Assembly: GCA_037444405.1 (NCBI GenBank)
Contig: JBBIML010000011.1
Span: forward strand, 64,001 to 128,000
Length of the DNA: 64,000 nucleotides
Origin: Armatimonadota bacterium
GTDB lineage: Bacteria > Armatimonadota > Fimbriimonadia > Fimbriimonadales > GBS-DC
Direction of reading: 5' to 3'
Shown here: in pieces, positions 41,643-50,793 of the stretch
How the letters are laid out: each line of letters begins with the position of its first letter
Numbering within the stretch: the first letter of the stretch is position 1
Program-made: the position numbers and the translations under genes
Notes under the pieces: generated by a model
Database searches by the model: none
What the model saw: only the letters and a program-made list of their open reading frames with translations
Told to the model about the DNA's origin: nothing

Positions 41643-41817
41643 ATCCTGCCGTGCGCGTGATGCCCGAGGTGGGTCGAACCGTCGCCAGAACTGGCAGGGC
41701 GTGAGGATCATGCCAAGTGGCAGCGTCGGGTTCGCTCGACGAATCGCGCGGCTGGTCTCAGCGCCCAAAAGGAACCTGTGGGGTTCGCGACCCCAACGGC
41801 ACACGGCACGGCGGGGT
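41643..41817 (+). ncRNA. ssrS: 6S RNA
   Basis: TATAAT at 41631. Closing stem ATCCTGCCGTGC/GCACGGCGGGGT plus CGTGATGCC/GGCACACG, inner TCGAACC/GGTTCG and GGGCG/CGCCC pairings around a central bubble; about 175 nt. Confidence 0.8.
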
Positions 41818-41822
41818 TTTGT

Positions 41823-41848
41823 GCAGGAATCGCGACCCCGCCCGCGAA
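41823..41848 (+). promoter_or_regulatory. GCAGGAAT-N14-CGAA promoter-like motif
   Basis: Upstream of pilT; recurrent motif. Confidence 0.55.
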
Positions 41849-41877
41849 ATCGGCAGGATTATGCAGGAGGGTCGGCT

Positions 41878-42981
41878 ATGCGTAAATATGCAACGGCGAA
41901 CGAGTTGCTCAATATCTGTTACGAGCGCGATGCTTCGGATATTCATATCGTGCCGAACGAGCCGCCGACTTTGCGGCTTTATGGGCGGCTGGTGCGGCTG
42001 GAGGAGTTCGGCGAGCTGAGCCCGGCGGACACGGAGCGGATCTTCCGTGAGGTGGCGCCCCCACGCGCCATCCACGAGCTGGAGCGCGTGCGCACCGCCG
42101 ACTTCGGCTACACCCACGAAAAAGCGCGATTCCGCGTCGCCGCCTACTACGAAAAAGGCGCGATCGCCATCAACTTCCGCTTAATCCCCTACCGCCTACG
42201 CAGCTTCGAAGAGATTGGTCTGCCAGATCATGTCAAGCGACTGCTGCACCTGCCGCGTGGACTGATCTTGGTGACGGGTCCCACCGGCTCCGGCAAGACC
42301 ACCACGCTCGCCACAATGATCGATTATATCAATACGAATCGCGACACCCACATCGTGACCATCGAAGACCCGATTGAGTATTTTCATGAGCCGAAGAAGT
42401 CGGTGGTGAGCCAGCGGGAGGTGGGCGTCGATGTGCCTTCGTTCGAGGAGGGCGTCATCCGCGCGCTGCGCATGGACCCCGATGTGATTCTGGTGGGCGA
42501 GATGCGTGACCTGCGCACGATTCAGGCTGCCATCACCGCTGCCGAGACGGGGCACCTCGTCTTCTCCACCGTCCACACCACCGGCGCCGCCCGCACGGTG
42601 GAGCGCATCGTCGATGTGTTCCCGATGGATCAGCAGGAGCAGATTCGGGTGCAGCTCAGCACGAACCTTGTGGCGGTCATCTCGCAGCTGCTTCTGCCGC
42701 GCGCGGACCGACCCGGGCGCGTCGCCGCCTTTGAAATCATGATCTGCACGCCCGCCATCGGGCATATGATCCGCGAGCGCAAGATTCATAGCATCGAGTC
42801 GGCTATCCAGACAGGACATCAGCTTGGCATGATCACGCTGGACAACCATCTGCTGTTCCTGTATCAGCACAAGCTCATCTCGCGCGAGGAGATGTATCGC
42901 GTGGCGCAGAACCCGGAGGAGATTGCCGCCCGTCTGGGCGAGACCCTGCCCGAAACGGCATTAGCGCGACAGGCGATTTAG
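41878..42981 (+). CDS. pilT: Type IV pilus retraction ATPase PilT
   Basis: ASDIH, GPTGSGKTTTL, TIEDPIE, DPDVILVGEMRD, AETGHLVFSTVHT and GM. GGAGG RBS. Confidence 0.92.
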   Translation: MRKYATANELLNICYERDASDIHIVPNEPPTLRLYGRLVRLEEFGELSPADTERIFREVAPPRAIHELERVRTADFGYTHEKARFRVAAYYEKGAIAINFRLIPYRLRSFEEIGLPDHVKRLLHLPRGLILVTGPTGSGKTTTLATMIDYINTNRDTHIVTIEDPIEYFHEPKKSVVSQREVGVDVPSFEEGVIRALRMDPDVILVGEMRDLRTIQAAITAAETGHLVFSTVHTTGAARTVERIVDVFPMDQQEQIRVQLSTNLVAVISQLLLPRADRPGRVAAFEIMICTPAIGHMIRERKIHSIESAIQTGHQLGMITLDNHLLFLYQHKLISREEMYRVAQNPEEIAARLGETLPETALARQAI

Positions 42982-42982
42982 C

Positions 42983-43771
42983 ATGCGCTTTCGAGAGAAG
43001 GTTGTCTGGATTACAGGCGCGTCGTCGGGCATCGGTGAGGCGCTGGCACATGCCTTCAGCCGCGAAGGTGCGCATCTGGTGCTGTCCGCTCGTCGCCAGG
43101 ATCGGCTCGAACGGGTGCGCGGTGCCTGCACGGGCGCGGGCAAAGTGCTGATCCTGCCCTTCGACATCACCCAGACCGAATGCCACTCCACGATGGTCGC
43201 CGCTGCAATTGAGCATTTCGGCTGGATCGATGTGCTGATCAATAACGCGGGCATCTCCCAGCGCTCGCTGGTGGAGGAAACTCAGCTGGAGGTGGTTCGC
43301 CGCCTGATGGAGGTCAACTTCTTCGGGGCGGTGTCGCTGACGAAAGCCGTGCTGCCCTATATGCTTCAGCGTGAGCGGGGGCACATCGTGGTCGTCAGCA
43401 GCCTGCTGGGCAAGTTTGGCATCGCGTTGCGCTCCGCCTATTGTGCCTCCAAGCACGCCCTGCACGGCTTTTTCGACTCCCTGCGCGCCGAAGTTCACGA
43501 CAGGGGCATCTGCGTAACGCTTATCTGCCCCGGCTGGGTGCGCACGGAGGTCTCCATCCACGCCCTGCGCGGCGACGGCAGCGAGCATGGTCAGATGGAC
43601 ATACCCATCGAGAAGGGCATGGACCCACATGTGTGCGCTCGCCATATTGTGAATGCGATTTACAAACGCAAAGAGGAGGTCTATATCGCCGGTCCCGAGA
43701 AGATTGCCCTCTATCTGAAGCGGTTCGCACCGGGGCTGCTCAATCGCATTCTGCGGCGGGTGAGGACTTAA
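42983..43771 (+). CDS. Short-chain dehydrogenase/reductase
   Basis: ITGASSGIG, NNAG and YCASK. Confidence 0.92.
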   Translation: MRFREKVVWITGASSGIGEALAHAFSREGAHLVLSARRQDRLERVRGACTGAGKVLILPFDITQTECHSTMVAAAIEHFGWIDVLINNAGISQRSLVEETQLEVVRRLMEVNFFGAVSLTKAVLPYMLQRERGHIVVVSSLLGKFGIALRSAYCASKHALHGFFDSLRAEVHDRGICVTLICPGWVRTEVSIHALRGDGSEHGQMDIPIEKGMDPHVCARHIVNAIYKRKEEVYIAGPEKIALYLKRFAPGLLNRILRRVRT

Positions 43772-43773
43772 GG

Positions 43774-44655
43774 ATGCAGGCGGGAACCTATCTGGGGCGC
43801 GTGTGGTGCAGGGTTCATCTGGTGCTGGAGGCGATTAAGTTTGAACACACCATCTTCGCGCTGCCCTTTGCGCTGATGGGGCTGATTTATGCGGCGGATG
43901 GGATGCCCTCCGCGCGCGTGCTGGGCTGGATTCTGGTGGCGATGGTGGGCGCGCGCACGGCGGCGATGGCGTTCAACCGAATCGCCGACCGCGATATTGA
44001 CGCGCTGAATCCCCGCACGCGCAACCGCGCCCTGCCCGCGGGACTGCTGACCGTGCGCCAGATGGCGACGCTGATGGCGATTGCGAGTGTCGCTTTCGTG
44101 TATGCCGCGTGGCAACTGAACTGGCTCTGCTTCTGGCTCAGCCCCGTCGCGCTGATTATCATTCTCGGCTACTCCTACTCCAAGCGGTTCACTCCGCTCT
44201 CGCACTACTGGCTGGGGCTGTCGCTGGGGATTGCGCCAAGCGCGACATGGATTGCAGTGCGGGGCACGCTGGAACTAACGCCGATACTGCTCACGCTCGC
44301 CGTCGCCTTCTGGGTGGCAGGCTTCGACATCCTTTACAGCCTGCAGGACTACGAGTTCGATAAGCAGTACGGCTTGCGCAGTCTGCCCGAAACGCTGGGC
44401 AAGGCGCGGGCGATTGCCATCTCGCGCCTGTCGCACCTGATCTGCATACTGTTCTTTATCGCCGCAGGGGTCGCGCTGAAAGCGGGCTGGCTCTATTATG
44501 CAGGGGCCGGCTTCGCCGCGCTGATGCTGGCTTACGAGCAGTCGCTGGTCAGCCCTGACGATTTGAGCAAACTGGATGTTGCCTTCTTCACCCTGAACGG
44601 TTATGTGAGCATCGGGCTGTTCGTTTTCAGCCTGCTCGACAGGTGGCTGCGATGA
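43774..44655 (+). CDS. UbiA-like polyprenyltransferase (MqnP-type)
   Basis: IKFEHTIFALPF, FNRIADRDIDALNPRT, YSYSKRF and GFDILYSLQD. Confidence 0.9.
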   Translation: MQAGTYLGRVWCRVHLVLEAIKFEHTIFALPFALMGLIYAADGMPSARVLGWILVAMVGARTAAMAFNRIADRDIDALNPRTRNRALPAGLLTVRQMATLMAIASVAFVYAAWQLNWLCFWLSPVALIIILGYSYSKRFTPLSHYWLGLSLGIAPSATWIAVRGTLELTPILLTLAVAFWVAGFDILYSLQDYEFDKQYGLRSLPETLGKARAIAISRLSHLICILFFIAAGVALKAGWLYYAGAGFAALMLAYEQSLVSPDDLSKLDVAFFTLNGYVSIGLFVFSLLDRWLR

Positions 44656-45419
44656 GACGCTTTGTGATTGGCAGTGTGCCCTACATGAACGGGGCGCCGC
44701 TCACCCGCTGGTTTGAGACGGAGGCGGGTCGGCGGGTGGCGGAGGTGCGGTACGCGCCGCCGTCGATGCTGGCGAGCTGGCTGGAGGCAGGCGTGGTCGA
44801 TGTCGCGCTGGTGTCGTCCGTCGAGTGGTTCCGCCGACCCGACACGCGCTTTGTGCCCGGTCTGGCAATCGCCACGCGCTGCGAGGTGCTGAGCGTGCGC
44901 CTGTTCAGCAAAGTGCCCTTTGAACAGATTCGCACCGTCGCGCTGGATGAAAGCTCGCTGACCTCCTCGGCGCTGACGCGCATCCTGTTGCGCAGGGTCT
45001 ATGGCGTTCAGCCGCACTGCGCGAATCATGCGCCCGACCTGAAGGCGATGCTTCAGGAGGCGGACGCCGCGCTGCTGATTGGCGACGCGGGCATGAGCGC
45101 GAGCGGCGAGGGGCTGTTCGTGCTGGACCTGGGCGAGGCGTGGTGGCGGTGGACAGGCTTGCCCTTCGTGTGGGCGGTCTGGCTCACGAACGCCGACGCA
45201 CCGCTGAACGCGCTCACCGACCTGATGCACACCGCCTACGCCTGGGGCGAAGCGCATTTAGAGGAGATTGTTGAAAGCGAGGTGCAGCGTACAGGTCTGC
45301 CCCTCGCCCTCTGCGACCGCTACCTGCGCGAGATTATGGTCTACCGCATCGATGAGCCGTTTTTACACGCGCTGGAGCGATTTCGGAAGGAGTGGCTCCT
45401 TAATCACCGTTCTGGCTGA
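44652..45419 (+). CDS. mqnA: Chorismate dehydratase
   Basis: SVPYMNGAPL, SSLTS, LLIGD and DLGEAW..WTGLPFVWAVW. Confidence 0.9.
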   Translation: MRRFVIGSVPYMNGAPLTRWFETEAGRRVAEVRYAPPSMLASWLEAGVVDVALVSSVEWFRRPDTRFVPGLAIATRCEVLSVRLFSKVPFEQIRTVALDESSLTSSALTRILLRRVYGVQPHCANHAPDLKAMLQEADAALLIGDAGMSASGEGLFVLDLGEAWWRWTGLPFVWAVWLTNADAPLNALTDLMHTAYAWGEAHLEEIVESEVQRTGLPLALCDRYLREIMVYRIDEPFLHALERFRKEWLLNHRSG

Positions 45420-45822
45420 GAACGGCATCCAGCAACCGAAAACCTTGTTCATCAAAATGTTTGTCAAAAGTAAAAGCAGTATCAATTGAAAATCTGCGCA
45501 TGAACTCGAAGCTCACGCAATCGACAAGACTCATATCACGCTTACGCTGCTGAAGCAGAAACTCAAAAGCAGTAGTGTGGGTTTCCGCAGATACCCATCC
45601 GATGGTCAGACTTGGCAGGATATGCTGAACGAAGTCATCCAGTGCGCTAAACCCAAGTCGTCGCTGGATAAGGGCAACACACTCGATAACGACATAGTTC
45701 GTTGTGTAAAGTTGATAACCATCCGCCACCACTTTCTGCCACAGGGCGACCGCCTGGGGATGATATTGGTCATCAGAATCGAGCAAAGCAAAAATTGCGG
45801 AGGTATCAACGAAGATCACCAT
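45400..45822 (-). CDS. vapC: VapC-type PIN-domain toxin
   Basis: IFVDTSA, TTNYVVIE, SLVDCVSF and FTFDKHF. Confidence 0.9.
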   Translation of the reverse strand: MVIFVDTSAIFALLDSDDQYHPQAVALWQKVVADGYQLYTTNYVVIECVALIQRRLGFSALDDFVQHILPSLTIGWVSAETHTTAFEFLLQQRKRDMSLVDCVSFEFMRRFSIDTAFTFDKHFDEQGFRLLDAVLSQNGD

Positions 45823-46172
45823 GTGCCAAAAATCTCCTCCAGATAGGAATCGTGATGCGCCGCGATGTCTGTGTACCCCGAACGATATCGACCAGCAACA
45901 GAAAGGGGGTTCCCAACCACTGGCTGTCCATTCACAAGCAGTTGAACCCGATACAGGTCAGATGCAATCGGCACCATCTGTATCTCATGGTGGGTTGTCG
46001 CAGGCGCCATGGAACAAGGCTGGTTTTCCGCTTGATTCGAGCGAACATGCACCAGCTGAGAAAGCAACCATTCTTTTAGCAAGGTGGAGGGTTGCTTTCC
46101 TTGCTCATGGGCGATGCGCTCCAGCGCTTGCGCTTCAGCCTCCGATAGTTCAATCTCAATACGGATTGCCAT
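45816..46172 (-). CDS. Putative cognate antitoxin
   Basis: MAIRIEIELSEAE...AGRYRSGYTDIAAHHDSYL. Overlaps vapC. Confidence 0.75.
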   Translation of the reverse strand: MAIRIEIELSEAEAQALERIAHEQGKQPSTLLKEWLLSQLVHVRSNQAENQPCSMAPATTHHEIQMVPIASDLYRVQLLVNGQPVVGNPLSVAGRYRSGYTDIAAHHDSYLEEIFGTW

Positions 46173-46318
46173 TGACCACCTCGGTTTGATAGGAGTGTAC
46201 CATACAAAGTATACCGCATCGATGAGCCGTTTTTACACGCGCTGGAGCGATTTCGGAAGGAGTGGACATGCCTGAAATGATGCTCCCATCTGTTTTCGGG
46301 TGGAGGCATTAGTCCAGT

Positions 46319-46846
46319 CTACCACTCATCGCAATAGAAGTCGCGATGGTAGCAGCGCAGGAGCATGCGTCCTGTGTCGGGGTCGGGGCGACTGGGCCAC
46401 CCGATAAAGCTTGATTTGCCATGGTAAACCGTGCCCTGCACAAACCACACGGGCACCCGCCGCCCATCGAGCGCGACGGGGCGCGAGAGGTACTGAATAA
46501 AATCGCTTCCCTCTCTTGCGATGTCAGGTCGCAATCGGGACGGCAGGCTCTTCGCATGGGTGTCCAGCGCCACCACCTGCACCCGATCGATGCGCGACTG
46601 CCGAACCGTCTGAAAATAGAGCGACTCTACCGGCGCACCATGCCGCGCCGAGAGTGAACTGCCCGGCTCAAACCGCGCTCGATTGCCCTCCACAAGATAG
46701 CCGTCGAACCAGACCACCGTATCGGACGGATAGACCATCTGAGCCAGCGAAACCGCTGGTGTGTCCGGAAAGGCGATTTCGTTCACAAACAGGCGGCGAT
46801 TATCGGAATGGCTGTCAAAAATCTGGAGTCGGGATGCAGGGTACAA
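46319..46846 (-). CDS. Hypothetical protein, possibly 5'-truncated
   Basis: Open frame with plausible composition, but its start sits on the -10 of the divergent gene. Confidence 0.35.
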   Translation of the reverse strand: MYPASRLQIFDSHSDNRRLFVNEIAFPDTPAVSLAQMVYPSDTVVWFDGYLVEGNRARFEPGSSLSARHGAPVESLYFQTVRQSRIDRVQVVALDTHAKSLPSRLRPDIAREGSDFIQYLSRPVALDGRRVPVWFVQGTVYHGKSSFIGWPSRPDPDTGRMLLRCYHRDFYCDEW

Positions 46847-46853
46847 TTGGGTT

Positions 46854-49628
46854 ATGGCGCTCAGGCAGCGGGTGGTAGCAGGGCTGATTATGTTCGCGGT
46901 GCTTCTGCTCTTCTTCGGTGGGATGCTGGTGCGGCTGTATACGGACTACCTGTGGTTTGTTCACGATGTGGGCTATCCGCAGGTGTTCGGGCGGGTGCTG
47001 GGCGCGAAGTTGACCCTCTTCCTGACGGTGAGCGTCGGATTCTTCCTGTTTGCGCTGGTGAATCTGGTGGTGGCGAATCGGGTGGTGGGTTCGGTGGAGG
47101 AGCCGGCTTTTGCACTGCGGGGTGGACGCATCGTGCGCATCACGCGGGCGGTGCGCGTGGGCACTTTCTGGCTGCTGGTGCTGGGCGTGCTGGTCTTCTC
47201 ACTGTTTGTGGGTCTGACGGCGGTGGGTGCATGGAACGAGTTCCTGCTGTTCCGCCATGCGCAGCTGTTCGGTGTAAAGGAGCCGCTGTTCGGGCAGGAT
47301 GTGGGCTTTTATGTGTTTCGCCTGCCGTTCCTGTCGTTCCTGACGGGGCTGATGGTGTTCGCCACGCTTGTGGTGCTGGTGGGCATCGGCAGTTTTTACT
47401 ATTTCAATCGGGCGCTGGGCTGGCTGGGCGGTATGCCCACCTTCCTGCCGTCGGTGAAGCCCCATCTGCTGATACTGGCGACGCTCTTCCTGCTGACCTT
47501 TGCCTGGTATCTGTGGCTGGGGCGTTATGATCTGGTCTTCTCGGACCATGACCAGTTCTTTGGTGCGGGCTACACCGATGTGCATGCCACTTTGCCAATC
47601 CTGAACCTGACGGTGTTCGGGTTGCTGATCGCGGCGGTGCTGTGCCTGATCAGCCTGCGTCCGGGCGCGGGTCTATTGCTGCCGATAGGCGGCTTTGGGG
47701 CGGTGATCCTGTTCTGGGTGGTCGCCAGCATGTTCTATCCGCCGATGGTGCAGCGCTTTGTGGTGGTGCCGAACCAGCTGGAGCGGGAGCGTCCCTATAT
47801 CGAGCGCCATCTGGAGTTCACCCGCCGCGCCTATCAGCTGGACAGGGTGCAGGTGCGCGCGATGAATGTGCGCGAGGAGCTGACCGCTGCCGACCTACAG
47901 GAGGCGCAAGGCTCGCTGGAGAACCTGCGCATGTGGGACTTCCGCCCGCTCAGCCAGGTCTATAACAGCCTGCAGGCGCTCAAGCCTTACTACCGCTTCG
48001 TGGATATCGATGTCGATCGCTATCCGATCAACGGCACAGTTCGACAGGTACTGCTGTCGGTGCGTGAGCTGAATCTGGAGGGGCTTCCACCGGAAGCCCA
48101 GCGCTGGCAGAACCTCCACCTGCTCTACACGCACGGCTACGGGCTGGTGATGAACCCGGTCAACGAGGCGACCAGTGAGGGTCAACCGCTGCTGTGGATT
48201 CGCGATCTGCCGCCTGTGACCCCACCCGACATCCCGCTCAAGAACCCCGCCGTCTATTTCGGGGAGAACATCACGCAATATGCCATCGTGCGCTCCCGCC
48301 TGAAGGAACTGGACTACCCGATGCTGACGGGCAGTGGCACCGAAGAGAATGTCTACACCACCTACGCAGGCGATGGCGGCGTGCCGATTAGCGGCTTCCT
48401 CTCACGGCTGATGTTCGCCATCCGCCTGCAGGATTCGAACCTGTTGCTCTCCCGCGACCTGACGGCGGAGTCGCGCCTGCTCTTCCGTCGCCATATCGCG
48501 GAGCGCGTGCGCGCGCTGTTTCCCTTTCTGCTGTGGGACAACGATGCCTACCCCGTGATTGTTGATGGCGAGATTGTCTGGGTCTATGACGGCTACACCT
48601 ACAGTCGCAACTATCCCTACAGCAAGCCCTTCTTCTCGGCGGATCAGCGTTTGCGCCAATTCAACTATCTGCGCAACTCCGTTAAGGTCACCATCCATGC
48701 CTACACGGGCGAGGTGAACGCCTATATTGCCGACGAGAGTGACCCCATCATCCGTGCCTATCGTCAGGCATTTCCGGGCTTGTTCAAGCCGCTCGATGAG
48801 ATGCCTGCCGCGCTTCGGTCCCATATCCGTTATCCGCTTGACCTCTTCTCCGTGCAGGCGCGCCTGCTGGAACTGTATCACACCACCGATGCGCGCATCT
48901 TCTTCAATAAAGAGGACGCCTGGCAGGTGGCGCGGGAGGTGCTGGTCAATCAGGAGCCGAAGCCGATGGTGCCCTACTATGTGATGATGCAGCCGCCGGG
49001 CGAGTCGGAGCCGCGCTATATGCTGACCCTGCCCTTCACCCCGCTCAACCGCGACAACCTGGTCGGCTGGCTGGCAGCGCACTGCGACCCTGACCGCTAT
49101 GGCGAGCTGATCCTTTATCGATTCCCGAAGGAGCGACTGGTGTACGGGCCCGCGCAGATCGAAGCCCGCATCAATCAGAACCCCGAAATCGCGCAGCAGC
49201 TCAATCTCTGGAACCAGCAGGGTTCGCGTGTGTTTCGGGGCAATCTGCTGGTCATTCCGTTAGGCAACTCGATGCTTTATTTTGAGCCGATCTATCTGCA
49301 GGCGGCGTACGAGGCGGCAATCCCCGAGCTGAAGAAGGTGATTTTAGCCAGCGGCAATCGCGTGGTGATGACCGACACGGTGGAGCAGGGTCTGGCTCAG
49401 CTGCTGGGCGAGGCGAAGCCGTCGCCGGGCGTGCGTCGCCCACCAGCGGCAACCGCCACTGCGCCGACACCCTCCCCGGCAACTGACATCCGTGCGCTGG
49501 TTCAGCAGGCGAACCGTGTCTATCGCGAGGCGCAGGACGCGCTCAAGCAGGGCGACTGGGCAACCTACGGCGCCCGCATGAAAACGCTCGAACAGCTCCT
49601 GCACCAGATGGAGCAACTGTCACGATGA
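46854..49628 (+). CDS. UPF0182-family membrane protein
   Basis: TDYLWF, DVGFYVFRLP, GAGYTDV, YTHGYG, NYLRNSVK and RGNLLVIP. Confidence 0.92.
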   Translation: MALRQRVVAGLIMFAVLLLFFGGMLVRLYTDYLWFVHDVGYPQVFGRVLGAKLTLFLTVSVGFFLFALVNLVVANRVVGSVEEPAFALRGGRIVRITRAVRVGTFWLLVLGVLVFSLFVGLTAVGAWNEFLLFRHAQLFGVKEPLFGQDVGFYVFRLPFLSFLTGLMVFATLVVLVGIGSFYYFNRALGWLGGMPTFLPSVKPHLLILATLFLLTFAWYLWLGRYDLVFSDHDQFFGAGYTDVHATLPILNLTVFGLLIAAVLCLISLRPGAGLLLPIGGFGAVILFWVVASMFYPPMVQRFVVVPNQLERERPYIERHLEFTRRAYQLDRVQVRAMNVREELTAADLQEAQGSLENLRMWDFRPLSQVYNSLQALKPYYRFVDIDVDRYPINGTVRQVLLSVRELNLEGLPPEAQRWQNLHLLYTHGYGLVMNPVNEATSEGQPLLWIRDLPPVTPPDIPLKNPAVYFGENITQYAIVRSRLKELDYPMLTGSGTEENVYTTYAGDGGVPISGFLSRLMFAIRLQDSNLLLSRDLTAESRLLFRRHIAERVRALFPFLLWDNDAYPVIVDGEIVWVYDGYTYSRNYPYSKPFFSADQRLRQFNYLRNSVKVTIHAYTGEVNAYIADESDPIIRAYRQAFPGLFKPLDEMPAALRSHIRYPLDLFSVQARLLELYHTTDARIFFNKEDAWQVAREVLVNQEPKPMVPYYVMMQPPGESEPRYMLTLPFTPLNRDNLVGWLAAHCDPDRYGELILYRFPKERLVYGPAQIEARINQNPEIAQQLNLWNQQGSRVFRGNLLVIPLGNSMLYFEPIYLQAAYEAAIPELKKVILASGNRVVMTDTVEQGLAQLLGEAKPSPGVRRPPAATATAPTPSPATDIRALVQQANRVYREAQDALKQGDWATYGARMKTLEQLLHQMEQLSR

Positions 49629-50386
49629 GTTGCCGTGCTTTCTGCGCCTATGGCGCCCGACAGGTTCTGGACGCTCTGCCCATGCTGGAACACCCACCGT
49701 CGCTGGATGAGACAGAGACCCTTCGGAGAGCAGCGGTGCGCCTGCAGGCGTGTCTCACGCTGTTTTATTCCTGCTATCCGCCCACGCGCGTGGCGTTCTG
49801 GAAGCGTCGCCTGCGTCGCCTGATCCGCGCCCTGAACGCCCTGCGCGACTGTCAGCGCCTGCTGACGCTGATCCCTGACGGGCGCGTCCACTTGCGCCTG
49901 CAACAGCGCCTCGAAACGCTCTTCAGCAAGGCACAGATGGCATGGCGCCAGCTGCGAAAGGATTATGTGCCCAATGAGATTCGGGGTCTATCTCAGCGGC
50001 TCGCCCAATCGCCCACCCAGCCCCTCACGGAGGAGCTGCTGAACTACGCCCGCACCCGCTGGCAGGAACTCGCACGGGTTAACCTGAAGCCGTTCGAGAG
50101 TGAAGGGCAGAGTCCGGAAGGCGTGTGGGGGCGGCTCCAGCTGATGGCAGAAGTGGCGGAGATGCTTCAACCGCTGCTGGGTCAGGAAATCCCGCTGGAC
50201 GAACTTCGCGCCCGCTACAACCAGCTCGACGACCTGCGCTTTTGCGAACGCGCTCGCGCCCTGCTCACCGAACTCAAGGAGCAGGAGCGCGCGCTGACCC
50301 TCCACTACCACGGCTCCCTGCGCGGCTTCAAACGCATCGAACAGGAGTTTGAGAAATGGATCGCCCAACTGAGACGCCCTGGATAG
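49625..50386 (+). CDS. CHAD-domain-like protein
   Basis: Arg-rich helical protein; LRRAAVRL...LIRALNALRDC resembles a divergent CHAD. Confidence 0.55.
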   Translation: MSCRAFCAYGARQVLDALPMLEHPPSLDETETLRRAAVRLQACLTLFYSCYPPTRVAFWKRRLRRLIRALNALRDCQRLLTLIPDGRVHLRLQQRLETLFSKAQMAWRQLRKDYVPNEIRGLSQRLAQSPTQPLTEELLNYARTRWQELARVNLKPFESEGQSPEGVWGRLQLMAEVAEMLQPLLGQEIPLDELRARYNQLDDLRFCERARALLTELKEQERALTLHYHGSLRGFKRIEQEFEKWIAQLRRPG

Positions 50387-50793
50387 AGACGGAGCCGTTT
50401 GAGGTGCGGTATGCCGAGACGGACGCGATGGGCGTGGTCTACTACGCCAACTACTTCGTGTGGTTCGAGGTAGCGCGCGGCGCGTTCTGTCGGGCATACG
50501 GCATCGACTATCAGGCGATTGAGCAGAGCGGCACGCCGCTGGCGGTGGTGGAAGCCTGCTGTCGCTATCGGGCGCCCGCCCGCTATGGCGAGCGCGTGCT
50601 GGTGCGCGTGCGCCTGACCGAACTGAAGCGGAGCCTGATGCGGTTCGAGTATGAGATTCTGAACGCGGATACGCGCCAGTTGCTGGCAGAAGGCTGGACG
50701 CGCCACGCATGGATCACGCGCGAGGGCAAACCGACCCGTTGCCCCGCAACGATTCGCGAGCGGCTGACCGCGGCAGGCGTGCGCTTCGATTAG
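50356..50793 (+). CDS. YbgC-like acyl-CoA thioesterase
   Basis: VRYAETDAMGVVYYANYFVWFEVAR. Confidence 0.9.
   Translation: MDRPTETPWIETEPFEVRYAETDAMGVVYYANYFVWFEVARGAFCRAYGIDYQAIEQSGTPLAVVEACCRYRAPARYGERVLVRVRLTELKRSLMRFEYEILNADTRQLLAEGWTRHAWITREGKPTRCPATIRERLTAAGVRFD

Larger units (their letters stand above)
45342..46265. mobile_element. Toxin-antitoxin cassette bounded by perfect 54-bp direct repeats
   Basis: TACCGCATCGATGAGCCGTTTTTACACGCGCTGGAGCGATTTCGGAAGGAGTGG at 45342-45395 and 46212-46265. The interior is lower GC. Confidence 0.75.

Noticed and set aside
41701..41877. N-terminal extension of PilT
   Set aside because: Overlaps the 6S RNA; RBS and homology support ATG at 41878.
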